A stretch of DNA of 53,412 nucleotides, from the NCBI GenBank assembly GCA_030591445.1, contig JAUVBB010000003.1:1-53412 (forward strand), given 5' to 3'. The notes beneath the pieces are model-generated. The model was not told the DNA's origin and ran no database searches. It saw nothing but the letters and a program-made list of their open reading frames with translations. The translations under genes and the position numbers were made by a program. Below, in pieces: positions 1 through 9,471 of the stretch (its first letter is position 1; every line of letters begins with the position of its first letter). The stretch comes from Deltaproteobacteria bacterium (lineage in GTDB: Bacteria; Myxococcota; B64-G9).

Positions 1-15
1 TACTAGGGTAGCTAT

Positions 16-1728
16 ATGACCTCGGACGTCCCCGTATTCACAGAAAATAATTTCTGGAAACTCGCCACTGAACTCCTCAATCGAATCAGCCAATCGAATG
101 GCGAAACCGACACCATTCGCAATATTCTGCTGACGATAAAGAGTTTCACCCGCTTCGATGCAGTCGCCATCCGTTTACAGAAAGGGGAAGATTTCCCCTA
201 TTACGTAACAAAAGGTTTTAGCGATGAATTCGTTGCCCACGAGAAGTTTTTGTGCGCAAAAAGTATCGACGGAAAAATTGCTCGTGACCAAGACGGAAAA
301 CCAGTACTCGAATGCATGTGCGGCAGCGTGATTTCCGGCGGTACCGACGCCGGCAAACCTTTTTTCACCGCGGCGGGTAGCTTTTTCACCAACAGCACCA
401 CTAAATTACTAGCGTCGACACCCGCCGAGGACTTTCAAACTTCAACCCGAAACCGGTGCAACCAAGAAGGCTACGAATCGGTGGCGCTCATTCCATTGCG
501 CCAAAAAAACGAAATCATCGGCCTGTTGCAACTCAACCACCAGCAGCAAGATGCATTCACCCTGACCATGATCGAGTTTTTTGAGCAACTCGGCAACGCC
601 ATCGGCCTCGCCTTGCGTCAACAAACGAAAGAGGAGCAACTGCACCAAGCGCAAAAGTTAGAAGCGGTTGGTCGACTGGCCGGCGGCGTGGCCCACGACT
701 TCAATAACATCCTCACGGCTATCAACGGCTACGCGGAAATGCTGTTGGCCGGTCTGCCTGCCGATGACCCAATGGCCGAGGACATCGGCATGATCTTCGA
801 AGCCGGCCAGCGGGCCGCCTCCCTGACCGAACAACTGCTGGCGCTGGGGCGACGCAAAGCCGCGCAAACAAAAACGTTAGCCATGAATGAGATCCTGGAA
901 CGAGCCCGCAAGATGCTGGGCCGGATTCTGGGAGACAAAATCAATTTGCGCTTTGAACTAAGCGATGACCTCTGGCCGGTAAACGCCGACCCAGGCCACA
1001 TCGATCAGGTTCTACTTAACCTGGCGGTCAATGCCCGTGATGCCATGGCTGACGGAGGCACGCTCTTCGTTGGGTCCGAAAACACCCCGGAAGGTGTCTT
1101 GTTGACCGTTGCCGACGACGGCGGCGGCATGAACGAAGAGACCAGGCAACGCGCCTTCGAACCCTATTTCTCGACCAAACAAAAAGCGGGTTCCTACGGC
1201 CTGGGCTTATCAACCGTTCATGGCTTGGTCTCACAGAACCAAGGCAGCATCGAGATTGGCTCCGAACTCGGCGCCGGCACCACGGTAAAGATCTACCTGC
1301 CGCGGGCGGAGGAAAAGATTGAAACCGTGCCCCCGGCGGCCGTTGCCACTTCGTCCGGAACGGAAACCATTCTCCTGGTCGAAGACGAAGCTACCGTGCG
1401 CATGTTTACCAAGCGCATCCTGGAAAAGAATGGTTACCGAATCCTGGAAGCCGCGGAAGCAAAAGAGGCGATCGAGGTTTTTGCCCGGCATCAGAATCAG
1501 ATCCACTTGCTGCTGACGGATGTCATTATGCCCAATATGAACGGACGCGAGCTTTACGAGTCGCTACAAACTTCGGTCCCCGATCTGCGGGTGCTGTTTA
1601 TGTCTGGATATTCCGCCGACATCCTTGCCCCCAACGGCGTTCTCGACTCAAGTATCCACTTGATCGAAAAACCATTTACCGCCAAAGATTTGGTGCAGAG
1701 AGTGCGAGCGCGACTAGATCAAAACTGA
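16..1728 (+). CDS. Hybrid sensor histidine kinase (Cys-rich GAF - HisKA - HATPase - REC)
   Basis: [13 protein letters not shown]-box, [11 protein letters not shown]-box, GLGLSTV G2 box, C-terminal receiver (VEDE...LTDVIMP...SGY...EKPF); N-terminal GAF with CMCG and RNRCN motifs. Confidence 0.9.
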   Translation: MTSDVPVFTENNFWKLATELLNRISQSNGETDTIRNILLTIKSFTRFDAVAIRLQKGEDFPYYVTKGFSDEFVAHEKFLCAKSIDGKIARDQDGKPVLECMCGSVISGGTDAGKPFFTAAGSFFTNSTTKLLASTPAEDFQTSTRNRCNQEGYESVALIPLRQKNEIIGLLQLNHQQQDAFTLTMIEFFEQLGNAIGLALRQQTKEEQLHQAQKLEAVGRLAGGVAHDFNNILTAINGYAEMLLAGLPADDPMAEDIGMIFEAGQRAASLTEQLLALGRRKAAQTKTLAMNEILERARKMLGRILGDKINLRFELSDDLWPVNADPGHIDQVLLNLAVNARDAMADGGTLFVGSENTPEGVLLTVADDGGGMNEETRQRAFEPYFSTKQKAGSYGLGLSTVHGLVSQNQGSIEIGSELGAGTTVKIYLPRAEEKIETVPPAAVATSSGTETILLVEDEATVRMFTKRILEKNGYRILEAAEAKEAIEVFARHQNQIHLLLTDVIMPNMNGRELYESLQTSVPDLRVLFMSGYSADILAPNGVLDSSIHLIEKPFTAKDLVQRVRARLDQN

Positions 1729-1753
1729 CGGTAGGCAGTTTGACAGTTGGGTT

Positions 1754-2866
1754 TTAACGGGCGGCTTCGTCAGTGATGCGAGCGGCTTCCATCAACAGGC
1801 CCTGCACACTGGTTTCGAGCTCGTCGTTGCGGCTAACATCCTGGGCAGCAAACTCAAACTGGCCGGCTTTCCAATCCAGCAATTCGACCATCATGTCCAT
1901 CTGCCCGCGACTTTCGGCGGCACCTTCGATTTCAACCGCCAGCGGTCGGCCCTCGCGAATGAAAATTCGGGCCGTGCCATCCCCCACCACCAGAATGACA
2001 CCGGTATGTCGTTCGATTTCAAGCATGGACAACACCGCCGGCAACGAGACCTGCTCCAGATCGCCACGGAGGGTCTTGTTTTCGACCGCCGAGCGATGAC
2101 TGGCCATGGTGCGCGCAACCAGGCGCTCGACGCGGGCCACCAATTCTTCCGCTTGATAGGGTTTGGCAAGGTAGTCATCAACGCCCAAACGATAACCGCG
2201 CAAGCGCTCTTTCTCGCCACCCAGGCTGGTCTGGAAAATCACCAAGACCGAGGCCAATGACGGCCGTGAACGAATCATGCGCAAAAAATCCCAGCCATCC
2301 ATGCGCGGCATCTGTACGTCGGTCAGGATAACGTCCGGCGGATCTTTCAGGCAAATGGCCAGGCCTTCCAGCCCGTCCTCTGCCATCTTCACTTTGTCGC
2401 CACGCTTTTCGAAGACCGCGGCGGCACTCTCGCGATAGGACTTGTCGTCGTCGACGACCAACACTTTTAGCGAGCGCTGAACCGCTGCGGACATCGACCT
2501 TTCGGCAGCCTCGCTGGATTTGACCGAGATAAATTCCTCGATGCGCTGCATGCTTTCTTCGAGCATGTCGAGAAACTCAATCCCTAAACCGGAGGGCCGC
2601 CCGGGACCAGAATCTTTGAGGCCGCGCACATAGATAACTTTGCCGATACAACTGACCTGACCGCCGCCTTCGGGTAAACCGATATGCAGGCGAATCACGG
2701 AATTCAGGGGCAAAAAACGCTCGGTCTTGATAAACAAGCCACCTTTGGAAATATTGCGCGTGTAATCGACCAGCAACTTGTCCATGTCGGGATAACTAAC
2801 GCGAAACTCGGTTTTCACTCGCACCGACTGCCGCCGCTTCTCCCAATCTTCATTTTTTTCGGACAC
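1754..2866 (-). CDS. PilZ (TIGR02266-like) - REC - DUF4388/PATAN three-domain protein
   Basis: RQSVR and NISKGG PilZ motifs; VVDDD...LTDVQMP...AKP receiver; LRGDLEQVSLPAVLSMLE...LLMEAARITDE DUF4388. Start moved to GTG 2866 after GGGAGAG. Confidence 0.85.
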   Translation of the reverse strand: MSEKNEDWEKRRQSVRVKTEFRVSYPDMDKLLVDYTRNISKGGLFIKTERFLPLNSVIRLHIGLPEGGGQVSCIGKVIYVRGLKDSGPGRPSGLGIEFLDMLEESMQRIEEFISVKSSEAAERSMSAAVQRSLKVLVVDDDKSYRESAAAVFEKRGDKVKMAEDGLEGLAICLKDPPDVILTDVQMPRMDGWDFLRMIRSRPSLASVLVIFQTSLGGEKERLRGYRLGVDDYLAKPYQAEELVARVERLVARTMASHRSAVENKTLRGDLEQVSLPAVLSMLEIERHTGVILVVGDGTARIFIREGRPLAVEIEGAAESRGQMDMMVELLDWKAGQFEFAAQDVSRNDELETSVQGLLMEAARITDEAAR

Positions 2867-3079
2867 TTTCGATCTCTCCCGCGAACCGATTGGTACCACA
2901 AAGATTAAATCTGTCGATGCCAGTAGAAAGTTTACTGAGTAAAAAGTTTGATTGCAAGAATATGTTGCGCTACCAAGTTCGGCCACCAAAGTGACCACTT
3001 GAACCAAGGCTTCTTACTGTGCCTAAGCGGCTGTTAAACTATGAGAAGGTAAGATGACATCTCGTTACTAAGTAGCTCT

Positions 3080-3096
3080 TGCGCCAGTTTGGCGCA
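3080..3096. promoter_or_regulatory. Candidate bEBP enhancer (NtrC-box-like palindrome)
   Basis: TGCGCCA-gtt-TGGCGCA, a perfect inverted repeat resembling TGCACCA-N3-TGGTGCA, about 90-105 bp upstream of a sigma54 promoter. Confidence 0.55.
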
Positions 3097-3186
3097 CTTA
3101 TAAATATTACCGATTGTAATTACAAATATCCTTTTTTTTCTGCAAACATTACAACACATTACACGGTCTAGATTTTAGTGCATTTT

Positions 3187-3202
3187 TGGCACATCCTTTG
3201 CT
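3187..3202 (+). promoter_or_regulatory. sigma54 (-24/-12) promoter
   Basis: TGGCAC-ATCCT-TTGCT matches the TGGCAC-N5-TTGC consensus, 57 bp before the ATG at 3260. Confidence 0.8.
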
Positions 3203-3259
3203 TATAGACTGGTAATGTATTCCTTGCTGCGATGCACCCCCGATCGTGAGGAGAAAAAC

Positions 3260-4687
3260 ATGAAACAACAAGAACTTATGACCATGATGGTGATTGTATC
3301 CCTGGGCGTGTTGCTTAACGCCTGTGCCCCAGGCGAAATCACGACCATGGGAGATCTGGGGGAACTATACAACACTCATGGGCAGAAAGCAGACGCCCTC
3401 TTTGATGCCAACGGCTATGCCGCGCCCGTGTTTGCCCAGAGTCCTTTTGTCCGGGTCGGTCTCATGTGGGACGCACAGGAAGATACCTTGCTGGAGGGCC
3501 GCTTCGCCGATGAAGCCGGAAACTGGACTCGCTGGCAATCCATTGACGCCAATTGGCAAGAGGATCTAGCCCACAATGCCCATCTGGATGTCGAAGGCAT
3601 GAACAAACTTGGGTTTCAACTTCGCCTGGTGGCGGGTCCGCCGCCCAGCCGGCTCTGGACGGAAGGCATCGACGAATTAGGGGAAGCCATCGTCGATGGC
3701 TACGATGATGACATGCGTTCCAGTTCAGCGGCGCTGGTCGCTTATGCCGCGCCCAGCGATCTGGTCAACTCGCGCAGTGTGTGGGGCGCGCGCTCGCCGG
3801 CCTGTTCTTCGTCGGCGCATACGCCTTCAATGGTCACGGTACACCACAGCGCTACCCCCTTGCCCGACTCTATCTCGCCCGCCGCCCGGGTTCGACAAAT
3901 TCAAAGCTACCACATCGATAGCCGGGGCTGGTGTGACATCGGCTACCACTTCATGGTGGACTGGAACGGAGACATCTGGCAGGGACGCGCGGAGACCGTC
4001 ACCGCGGCCCATGTTGCCTATCACAATACCAACAATATCGGTGTGTCTTTCCTGGGCACCTATACCAACACCGCCGCCACCGCCACCCAACTCGACAAAG
4101 CGGGCGCCTTGCTAGCCTGGCTGGCAGACGTCTACATGATTCCGGTAGATCGCGACCATCTTCTCGGACACCGCGATTGGGTCGCCAATGAGTGCCCGGG
4201 CGAACAACTCTACCACCAACTCGACGACATCCTGGCACGGGCCAGCGGCGGTGGTGCGGGCCCCGAACCGGCTGGATTTCTAAAAGGCGTGGTGTTTGTT
4301 GATCGCGGGCTAGGCACCGCGGACATGAGCGAGCGCGTGGGCGGCGCCGTCATTTCCCTTAGCACTGGGGCAAGTACCCAGGCCGCGAGCACGGATGCCT
4401 ATTGGTCCATCGAACTGCCGGCTGGTACTTACACGGTTACCGCTTCAGCGGACGGTTTCCTAAACGGGGTCAAGACCTGCACGGTGACCGCGGGCCAAGA
4501 CAGTTGGTGTTCGATAGGGATAGAACCCTTCCTGGATCCATGTCAGGGAGAAACTTACGTGGGTCGCTGCGACGGCAACACCGTAGTCTGGTGTGAAAGT
4601 GATCGGATCTATTATTGGAATTGTTCCGACGCGGGCCGCGTCTGCGCCTACGATCCCTATTGGCAATACTATTCTTGCCGGCGATAA
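3260..4687 (+). CDS. Lipoprotein N-acetylmuramoyl-L-alanine amidase (Amidase_2/PGRP-like) with carboxypeptidase-regulatory-like domain and Cys-rich tail
   Basis: LLNAC lipobox-like motif; VTVHHSA, RGWCDIGYHF, GHRD and ECPG Zn-amidase motifs; AGTYTVTASADGF beta-sandwich; GAGGAG SD before ATG 3260. Confidence 0.85.
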   Translation: MKQQELMTMMVIVSLGVLLNACAPGEITTMGDLGELYNTHGQKADALFDANGYAAPVFAQSPFVRVGLMWDAQEDTLLEGRFADEAGNWTRWQSIDANWQEDLAHNAHLDVEGMNKLGFQLRLVAGPPPSRLWTEGIDELGEAIVDGYDDDMRSSSAALVAYAAPSDLVNSRSVWGARSPACSSSAHTPSMVTVHHSATPLPDSISPAARVRQIQSYHIDSRGWCDIGYHFMVDWNGDIWQGRAETVTAAHVAYHNTNNIGVSFLGTYTNTAATATQLDKAGALLAWLADVYMIPVDRDHLLGHRDWVANECPGEQLYHQLDDILARASGGGAGPEPAGFLKGVVFVDRGLGTADMSERVGGAVISLSTGASTQAASTDAYWSIELPAGTYTVTASADGFLNGVKTCTVTAGQDSWCSIGIEPFLDPCQGETYVGRCDGNTVVWCESDRIYYWNCSDAGRVCAYDPYWQYYSCRR

Positions 4688-4695
4688 AATCGCGC

Positions 4696-5013
4696 TTAGA
4701 TAAACTGCTGAAACCACTCCTCGGTCGCATGGTGAATCTCGACGCCAAATCCCATGTGCTCGGTTTGACGTAGATCGATCGGCACCCAGTGCTTCCAGGC
4801 CACCTTACCCTCCACCCGAATGGTTCCACCCGGCAAATCGATCTCCATGCCAACGTTCTGACCGGGTTCCGGCAAATGAGAAGTGCGGATGAACAAACCA
4901 CGCGGACTGATGTTGTCGGTATAACCCGTGCGTTCCTTCGGATCATCGGCCAGTCGAAAACGAACCGCAATCCGCTTATCGAGTCTTGGCAGTATTCGTT
5001 TATTTGTACCCAA
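4696..5013 (-). CDS. Single-domain PilZ protein
   Basis: RILPR (RxxxR), NISPRG (NxSxxG), GKVAW, GFGVE. Confidence 0.85.
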   Translation of the reverse strand: MGTNKRILPRLDKRIAVRFRLADDPKERTGYTDNISPRGLFIRTSHLPEPGQNVGMEIDLPGGTIRVEGKVAWKHWVPIDLRQTEHMGFGVEIHHATEEWFQQFI

Positions 5014-5029
5014 GGACCGGGCCCGGAAC

Positions 5030-5590
5030 TCAACTAGGATTTTCTTTCAGGTGCCGAATGAAGGTATCGATGTCCACGAACTCGAACACGTAGTGCCAGA
5101 GCATGATGACGTCTTTGTTCCTGACTCTTACCGGTTCGTTTTTCTTTAAGCGGACGTTATTGACCTTGGTACCGTTGGTCGAGCCCATATCCACCAAACT
5201 GTAGCTGTCTTCCCCTTCCATGAGAAAGGCCGCATGCAGCTTGGAGATCTTGCTTGCCCGGATGATGATGTCGTTATTCTTGGCCCGCCCCACGGTGATT
5301 TTTGATTTGAAAACATTCCGGTGGGTCTTGTGCACGGCCACCACTCGCTCGCCTTCGGGCATGCCTTTTTCTTCGTTCAGCAGGCTGTCGGCGCTGACTT
5401 GAATGGTCTTGGGGCCCAAGAAATCGGCTCGATCGGACATGCCGTCGGTCGCCAGCAAAAACATGTACGGGTGCGGATGGTAGCGCCGAAAGACTTCTTC
5501 CCCTTTGTCCTTCAACTCTTGCGACAATTGCTCAACCGAGATAGTCTCGATCTCTGTAATCTCACCTTCCTTCGAATCAATAACAGGCAT
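5030..5590 (-). CDS. FHA domain protein (paralog A)
   Basis: ITVGRAKNNDI...SKLHA...DMGSTNGT FHA motifs; start set at MPVIDSK (ATG 5590). Confidence 0.85.
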   Translation of the reverse strand: MPVIDSKEGEITEIETISVEQLSQELKDKGEEVFRRYHPHPYMFLLATDGMSDRADFLGPKTIQVSADSLLNEEKGMPEGERVVAVHKTHRNVFKSKITVGRAKNNDIIIRASKISKLHAAFLMEGEDSYSLVDMGSTNGTKVNNVRLKKNEPVRVRNKDVIMLWHYVFEFVDIDTFIRHLKENPS

Positions 5591-5720
5591 AAGCACTACG
5601 ATAATCGAAAACAATCGCCGACGCAAGGATCCTTTGCACATCTTTCCCGCCCCAAAGGAAACAATAATTTAATCGGACCTCTACTTGACAATTTTACGCT
5701 ATCAATTATGCTGAAATTAT

Positions 5721-6275
5721 ATGGCACAGGAAAAAGATATGCAGCCGAATGAAATCGAGACGCTTTCGGTTTCAACTCTGAGCAAAGAACTCAAAGAACT
5801 GGGTGATAGCGGTTTTCGGCGCAAATACTCTCATCCTTTTCTTTTTCTGGTGGCCACCGATCGTTTCCCCGGCGGAACCTCCGAGTGGCTCGATCCCAAA
5901 ACCATTCAGACCATGCCCGACAGTGCCTCTTTGGCAGAGAAAACTTTGCCTTCACGAAAATGGGCGGTGCCGCTGCTTAAGTCTGATCGCAATGTGTTTA
6001 GTTCCAAAATCACGGTCGGCCGGGCCAAGAACAACGACATCATCATTCGCGCCGGCAAGATTTCCAAGTTGCATGCGGCTTTTCTCATCGAAGACAACGA
6101 GTCTTTCGGCATCAAAGACATGGGCTCGACCAACGGCACCAAAGTCAATCATGTCCTGCTCACCGAAAATGAATCGGCTACGCTCAAGGACCAAGACTTT
6201 GTCACCTTTTGGCAGTATGCCTTCGAATTTGTCAGCCTGGACACGATGGTCCAGCACCTGCAAAGCCTAATCTAA
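5721..6275 (+). CDS. FHA domain protein (paralog B)
   Basis: Same FHA motifs; co-linear with 5030-5590 over its whole length. Confidence 0.88.
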   Translation: MAQEKDMQPNEIETLSVSTLSKELKELGDSGFRRKYSHPFLFLVATDRFPGGTSEWLDPKTIQTMPDSASLAEKTLPSRKWAVPLLKSDRNVFSSKITVGRAKNNDIIIRAGKISKLHAAFLIEDNESFGIKDMGSTNGTKVNHVLLTENESATLKDQDFVTFWQYAFEFVSLDTMVQHLQSLI

Positions 6276-6298
6276 CCCCTGGTTTAACTCCCCCCTAT

Positions 6299-8002
6299 TT
6301 ACTTCTTTGCTTTCTTGGCGATTTTGGCCCAGGAATCTCGCAAAGCCACGGTTCGATTGAACACCTTCCGGGTGGGCGAAGACGCAACCGGGTCCAAGGC
6401 GAAGTATCCTTGGCGCTCAAACTGATATTTTTGGCCGGGCTGGGCTTGGTCCAAGCTTGCTTCCAATTGACAATCCGCTAACACTTGCAAGGAGTCCGGG
6501 TTCAGATCGGCATGCCAGTCCGCGTCCTTTCCTACCCCCGGCTTTTCGGTCAAAAAGAGCCGGTCGTAAAGACGCACTTCGGCGGCAAGCGCATGGGCGG
6601 CCGACACCCAATGAATGGTGCCCTTGACCCGCCGCCCATCCGGGGCATTGCCCCCTTTGGTTGCAGGGTCGTAACGGCAACCCAATTCGATAACCTCGCC
6701 GCTTTCGGGATCCTTGACCACCCGCTCGCAGGTAATCAGATAGGCCCAGCGCAAACGCACTTCCCGTCCCGGGCCCAGGCGGAAGAATTTCTTGGGCGGA
6801 TCTTCCATGAAGTCGGTCCGTTCGATATAAAGTTCCCGCGAAAAAGGAACCTGGCGCGAGCCCATCTTCTGGGGATCATCGGGAAGATTGGGCGCCTCGA
6901 AGTGTTCGACCTGGTCCTCGGGATAATTATCAATCACCACTTTGAGCGGCCGCAATACGCCCATTACCCGCGGGACTTTCCAGTTCAAGTCGTCTCGTAT
7001 GCTGTGCTCAAGCAATGCCACGTCGACCAGACTGTCCCTTTTGGCTACACCTATTCGTTCACAAAAGTTGCGGATGGCCTCGGGGGTGTAACCACGACGG
7101 CGCAGGCCCGACAGCGTGGGCATACGCGGGTCGTCCCAGCCGCTAACCACTTTCTCTTCCACCAACTGCATCAGCTTGCGCTTACTCAACATGGTATAGC
7201 TCAGGTTGAGCCGGGCAAATTCGATTTGTTGCGGGTGACTTTCGACCGGCAGCTGCGCCAGGAACCAATCATACAAGGGTCGGTTGTTCTGGAACTCTAG
7301 CGTGCAGATAGAGTGGGTGATGCCTTCGATGGAATCGGATAGGCAGTGGGCAAAATCGTACATCGGGTAGATACACCAGCTGTCACCCGTACGATGATGG
7401 TCAACCTTGCGAATACGGTAAATGGTCGGATCGCGCAGGCTTATGTTGGCAGCAGCCATGTCGATTTTGGCCCGCAGCACCCGGGCACCGTCGGCAAACT
7501 CTCCCGCCCGCATGCGCTGGAATAAGTCCAGGTTCTCTTCCACCCCGCGGTCGCGATAGGGACTGTTCTGACCGGGTTCGGTCATGGTGCCCCGGGTCTT
7601 GCGGGTCTCTTCGGCGCTCAAATCACAGACATAGGCCTTGCCTTGCCGGATAAGTTCTTCGGCAAACTGATACAGTTTCTCGAAATAATCCGAAGCGAAA
7701 AATTGCCGATCTTCCCAGTCGTAGCCCAGCCAACGCACATCTTCCTTGATGGAATCGGTATACTCGACATCTTCCTTGACCGGGTTGGTGTCATCAAAAC
7801 GCAGGTTGCACTTGCCGTCCTGGTTCTCGGCCGCGATGCCGAAATTAAGCACAATGGATTTGGCATGGCCGATGTGAAGATAGCCGTTGGGCTCGGGCGG
7901 AAAACGGGTGCGTACCTTACCGTTATGTTTCTTGCTTTCCAAATCATTGGCAACAATGGTGCGAACAAAATCCAAGGACTCTTTTTGCTCATTCGTGCTC
8001 AT
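6299..8002 (-). CDS. glnS: Glutamine--tRNA ligase
   Basis: [17 protein letters not shown] (HIGH), LSKRKL (KMSKS-like), YQFERQGYF; start MSTNEQ at 8002. Confidence 0.97.
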   Translation of the reverse strand: MSTNEQKESLDFVRTIVANDLESKKHNGKVRTRFPPEPNGYLHIGHAKSIVLNFGIAAENQDGKCNLRFDDTNPVKEDVEYTDSIKEDVRWLGYDWEDRQFFASDYFEKLYQFAEELIRQGKAYVCDLSAEETRKTRGTMTEPGQNSPYRDRGVEENLDLFQRMRAGEFADGARVLRAKIDMAAANISLRDPTIYRIRKVDHHRTGDSWCIYPMYDFAHCLSDSIEGITHSICTLEFQNNRPLYDWFLAQLPVESHPQQIEFARLNLSYTMLSKRKLMQLVEEKVVSGWDDPRMPTLSGLRRRGYTPEAIRNFCERIGVAKRDSLVDVALLEHSIRDDLNWKVPRVMGVLRPLKVVIDNYPEDQVEHFEAPNLPDDPQKMGSRQVPFSRELYIERTDFMEDPPKKFFRLGPGREVRLRWAYLITCERVVKDPESGEVIELGCRYDPATKGGNAPDGRRVKGTIHWVSAAHALAAEVRLYDRLFLTEKPGVGKDADWHADLNPDSLQVLADCQLEASLDQAQPGQKYQFERQGYFALDPVASSPTRKVFNRTVALRDSWAKIAKKAKK

Positions 8003-8022
8003 GTGCGGTTTTTTCCTTTTTG

Positions 8023-9441
8023 CTACCGAAGCGTTTCGTGGTTTTGGGCAAAGTATTCCTTGGTCATCTTGACCACCACCGGTGAAAGAATGATCAATGC
8101 TATCAAGTTCGGTACGGTCATGACCGTAATGACCGCATCGACGAATTTCCAGACCAACTCCTTGGCCCAAACCGCGCCAATGAAGATGAACACACAATAC
8201 ACATAGCGATAAGGCATCACCCATCGTTGGCCAAACAGGTAGCCCACGCAGCGGTCGCCATAATAGGACCAAGATATGGCCGTGGTAAAGGCAAACAACA
8301 ACAAACCTATCGATACCACGATGCCACCGAGTTTGGTTTCCCCCACCGTCCAGTCCAAACCAGTCTCAAAGGCTTGGTAGGTCATGGCGGCGCCCATTTC
8401 TCCGCAAGTCCAGGCGCCAGTGCTTAGGATGACCAGCGCGGTCAAGGTGCAAATGATCAGGGTATCGAGCAGGGGCCCGGTCATGGCCACCAGGCCCTCG
8501 CGCACCGGATATTCAGTCTTGGCCGCCGCGTGGGCAATGGCCGCCGAGCCCTGTCCGGCTTCGTTGCTGAAAAGTCCCCGGGCAATGCCATAGCGCATGG
8601 TGAGCATGATGGTAGAACCGATAAAGCCGCCCGTCGCACCGACCGGCGTGAAGGCGCCCTTGAAAATCATGACGAAGATGCCCGGGATATCGGCGATGTT
8701 GAATATCACCACCAACAGCGCCGCGCCGATATACAGGGTGGCCATGAAGGGCACCATTTTTTCGGCGACCTTGCCGATTCGCTTGATGCCACCGACCACC
8801 ACCAGCCAAACCAGGCCCGCCAAAATCAAGCCGATAAGGTATTTGGGAATCTGGTAACCATCGCCAATGGGAATTACGAAACGATTGACCGCGTCAGCCA
8901 TGGAGTTGGATTGAGCCATATTGCCGGTACCCAAAGAGCAGAGCACGCCGCCCACGGCAAACAAGATGGCCAGCGGTTTTGCCAATCGGCCCAATGTCTT
9001 TTTGCAGGCATGCTCGATGTAATACATGGGGCCGCCCGAGACCGACCCATCTTCGTGCACGGTACGGTATTTGAGTGACAAGGTACATTCGGCAAACTTG
9101 GTGGCCATGCCCAGAAATCCGGTCACCCATAACCAGAATACCGCCCCGGGACCACCGTAGTAGATGCCTAAGGCCACCCCGGCGATGTTACCGGTTCCAA
9201 TCGTCGCCGAAAGCGCGGCACACAAAGCCTGGAAGTGGTTGATGTCTCCGGTATCATCCGGATTGTCGTACTTACCCCGCACCACTGCCAGCGCATGTTT
9301 GAGCTGGCGCAGCTGAATGCCCTTGAGCCAAAAGGTGTACAACAAGCCCACCGGAATCAGCAAGAACATCAAGGCATAGGTGCCCACATACTCGTTGTAA
9401 AAATCCAGGATGCTACCGATCCACTCCCCGAACGCTTCCAT
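8023..9441 (-). CDS. Alanine/glycine:cation symporter (AGCS family)
   Basis: [39 protein letters not shown] motifs; multiple TM segments. Confidence 0.95.
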   Translation of the reverse strand: MEAFGEWIGSILDFYNEYVGTYALMFLLIPVGLLYTFWLKGIQLRQLKHALAVVRGKYDNPDDTGDINHFQALCAALSATIGTGNIAGVALGIYYGGPGAVFWLWVTGFLGMATKFAECTLSLKYRTVHEDGSVSGGPMYYIEHACKKTLGRLAKPLAILFAVGGVLCSLGTGNMAQSNSMADAVNRFVIPIGDGYQIPKYLIGLILAGLVWLVVVGGIKRIGKVAEKMVPFMATLYIGAALLVVIFNIADIPGIFVMIFKGAFTPVGATGGFIGSTIMLTMRYGIARGLFSNEAGQGSAAIAHAAAKTEYPVREGLVAMTGPLLDTLIICTLTALVILSTGAWTCGEMGAAMTYQAFETGLDWTVGETKLGGIVVSIGLLLFAFTTAISWSYYGDRCVGYLFGQRWVMPYRYVYCVFIFIGAVWAKELVWKFVDAVITVMTVPNLIALIILSPVVVKMTKEYFAQNHETLR

Positions 9442-9471
9442 TTATTTTGCGCCTTTCTGTATTGTCCAAAA

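Noticed and set aside
6485-8206. + strand ORFs opposite glnS (271 aa, 187 aa) and similar antisense ORFs elsewhere (27029-27895, 48757-49632)
   Set aside because: Fully antisense to confidently identified genes; no independent motifs or RBS
8003-8272. N-terminal extension of glnS in the ORF track
   Set aside because: Overlaps the symporter 3' end; GlnRS-like sequence begins at MSTNEQ (8002)
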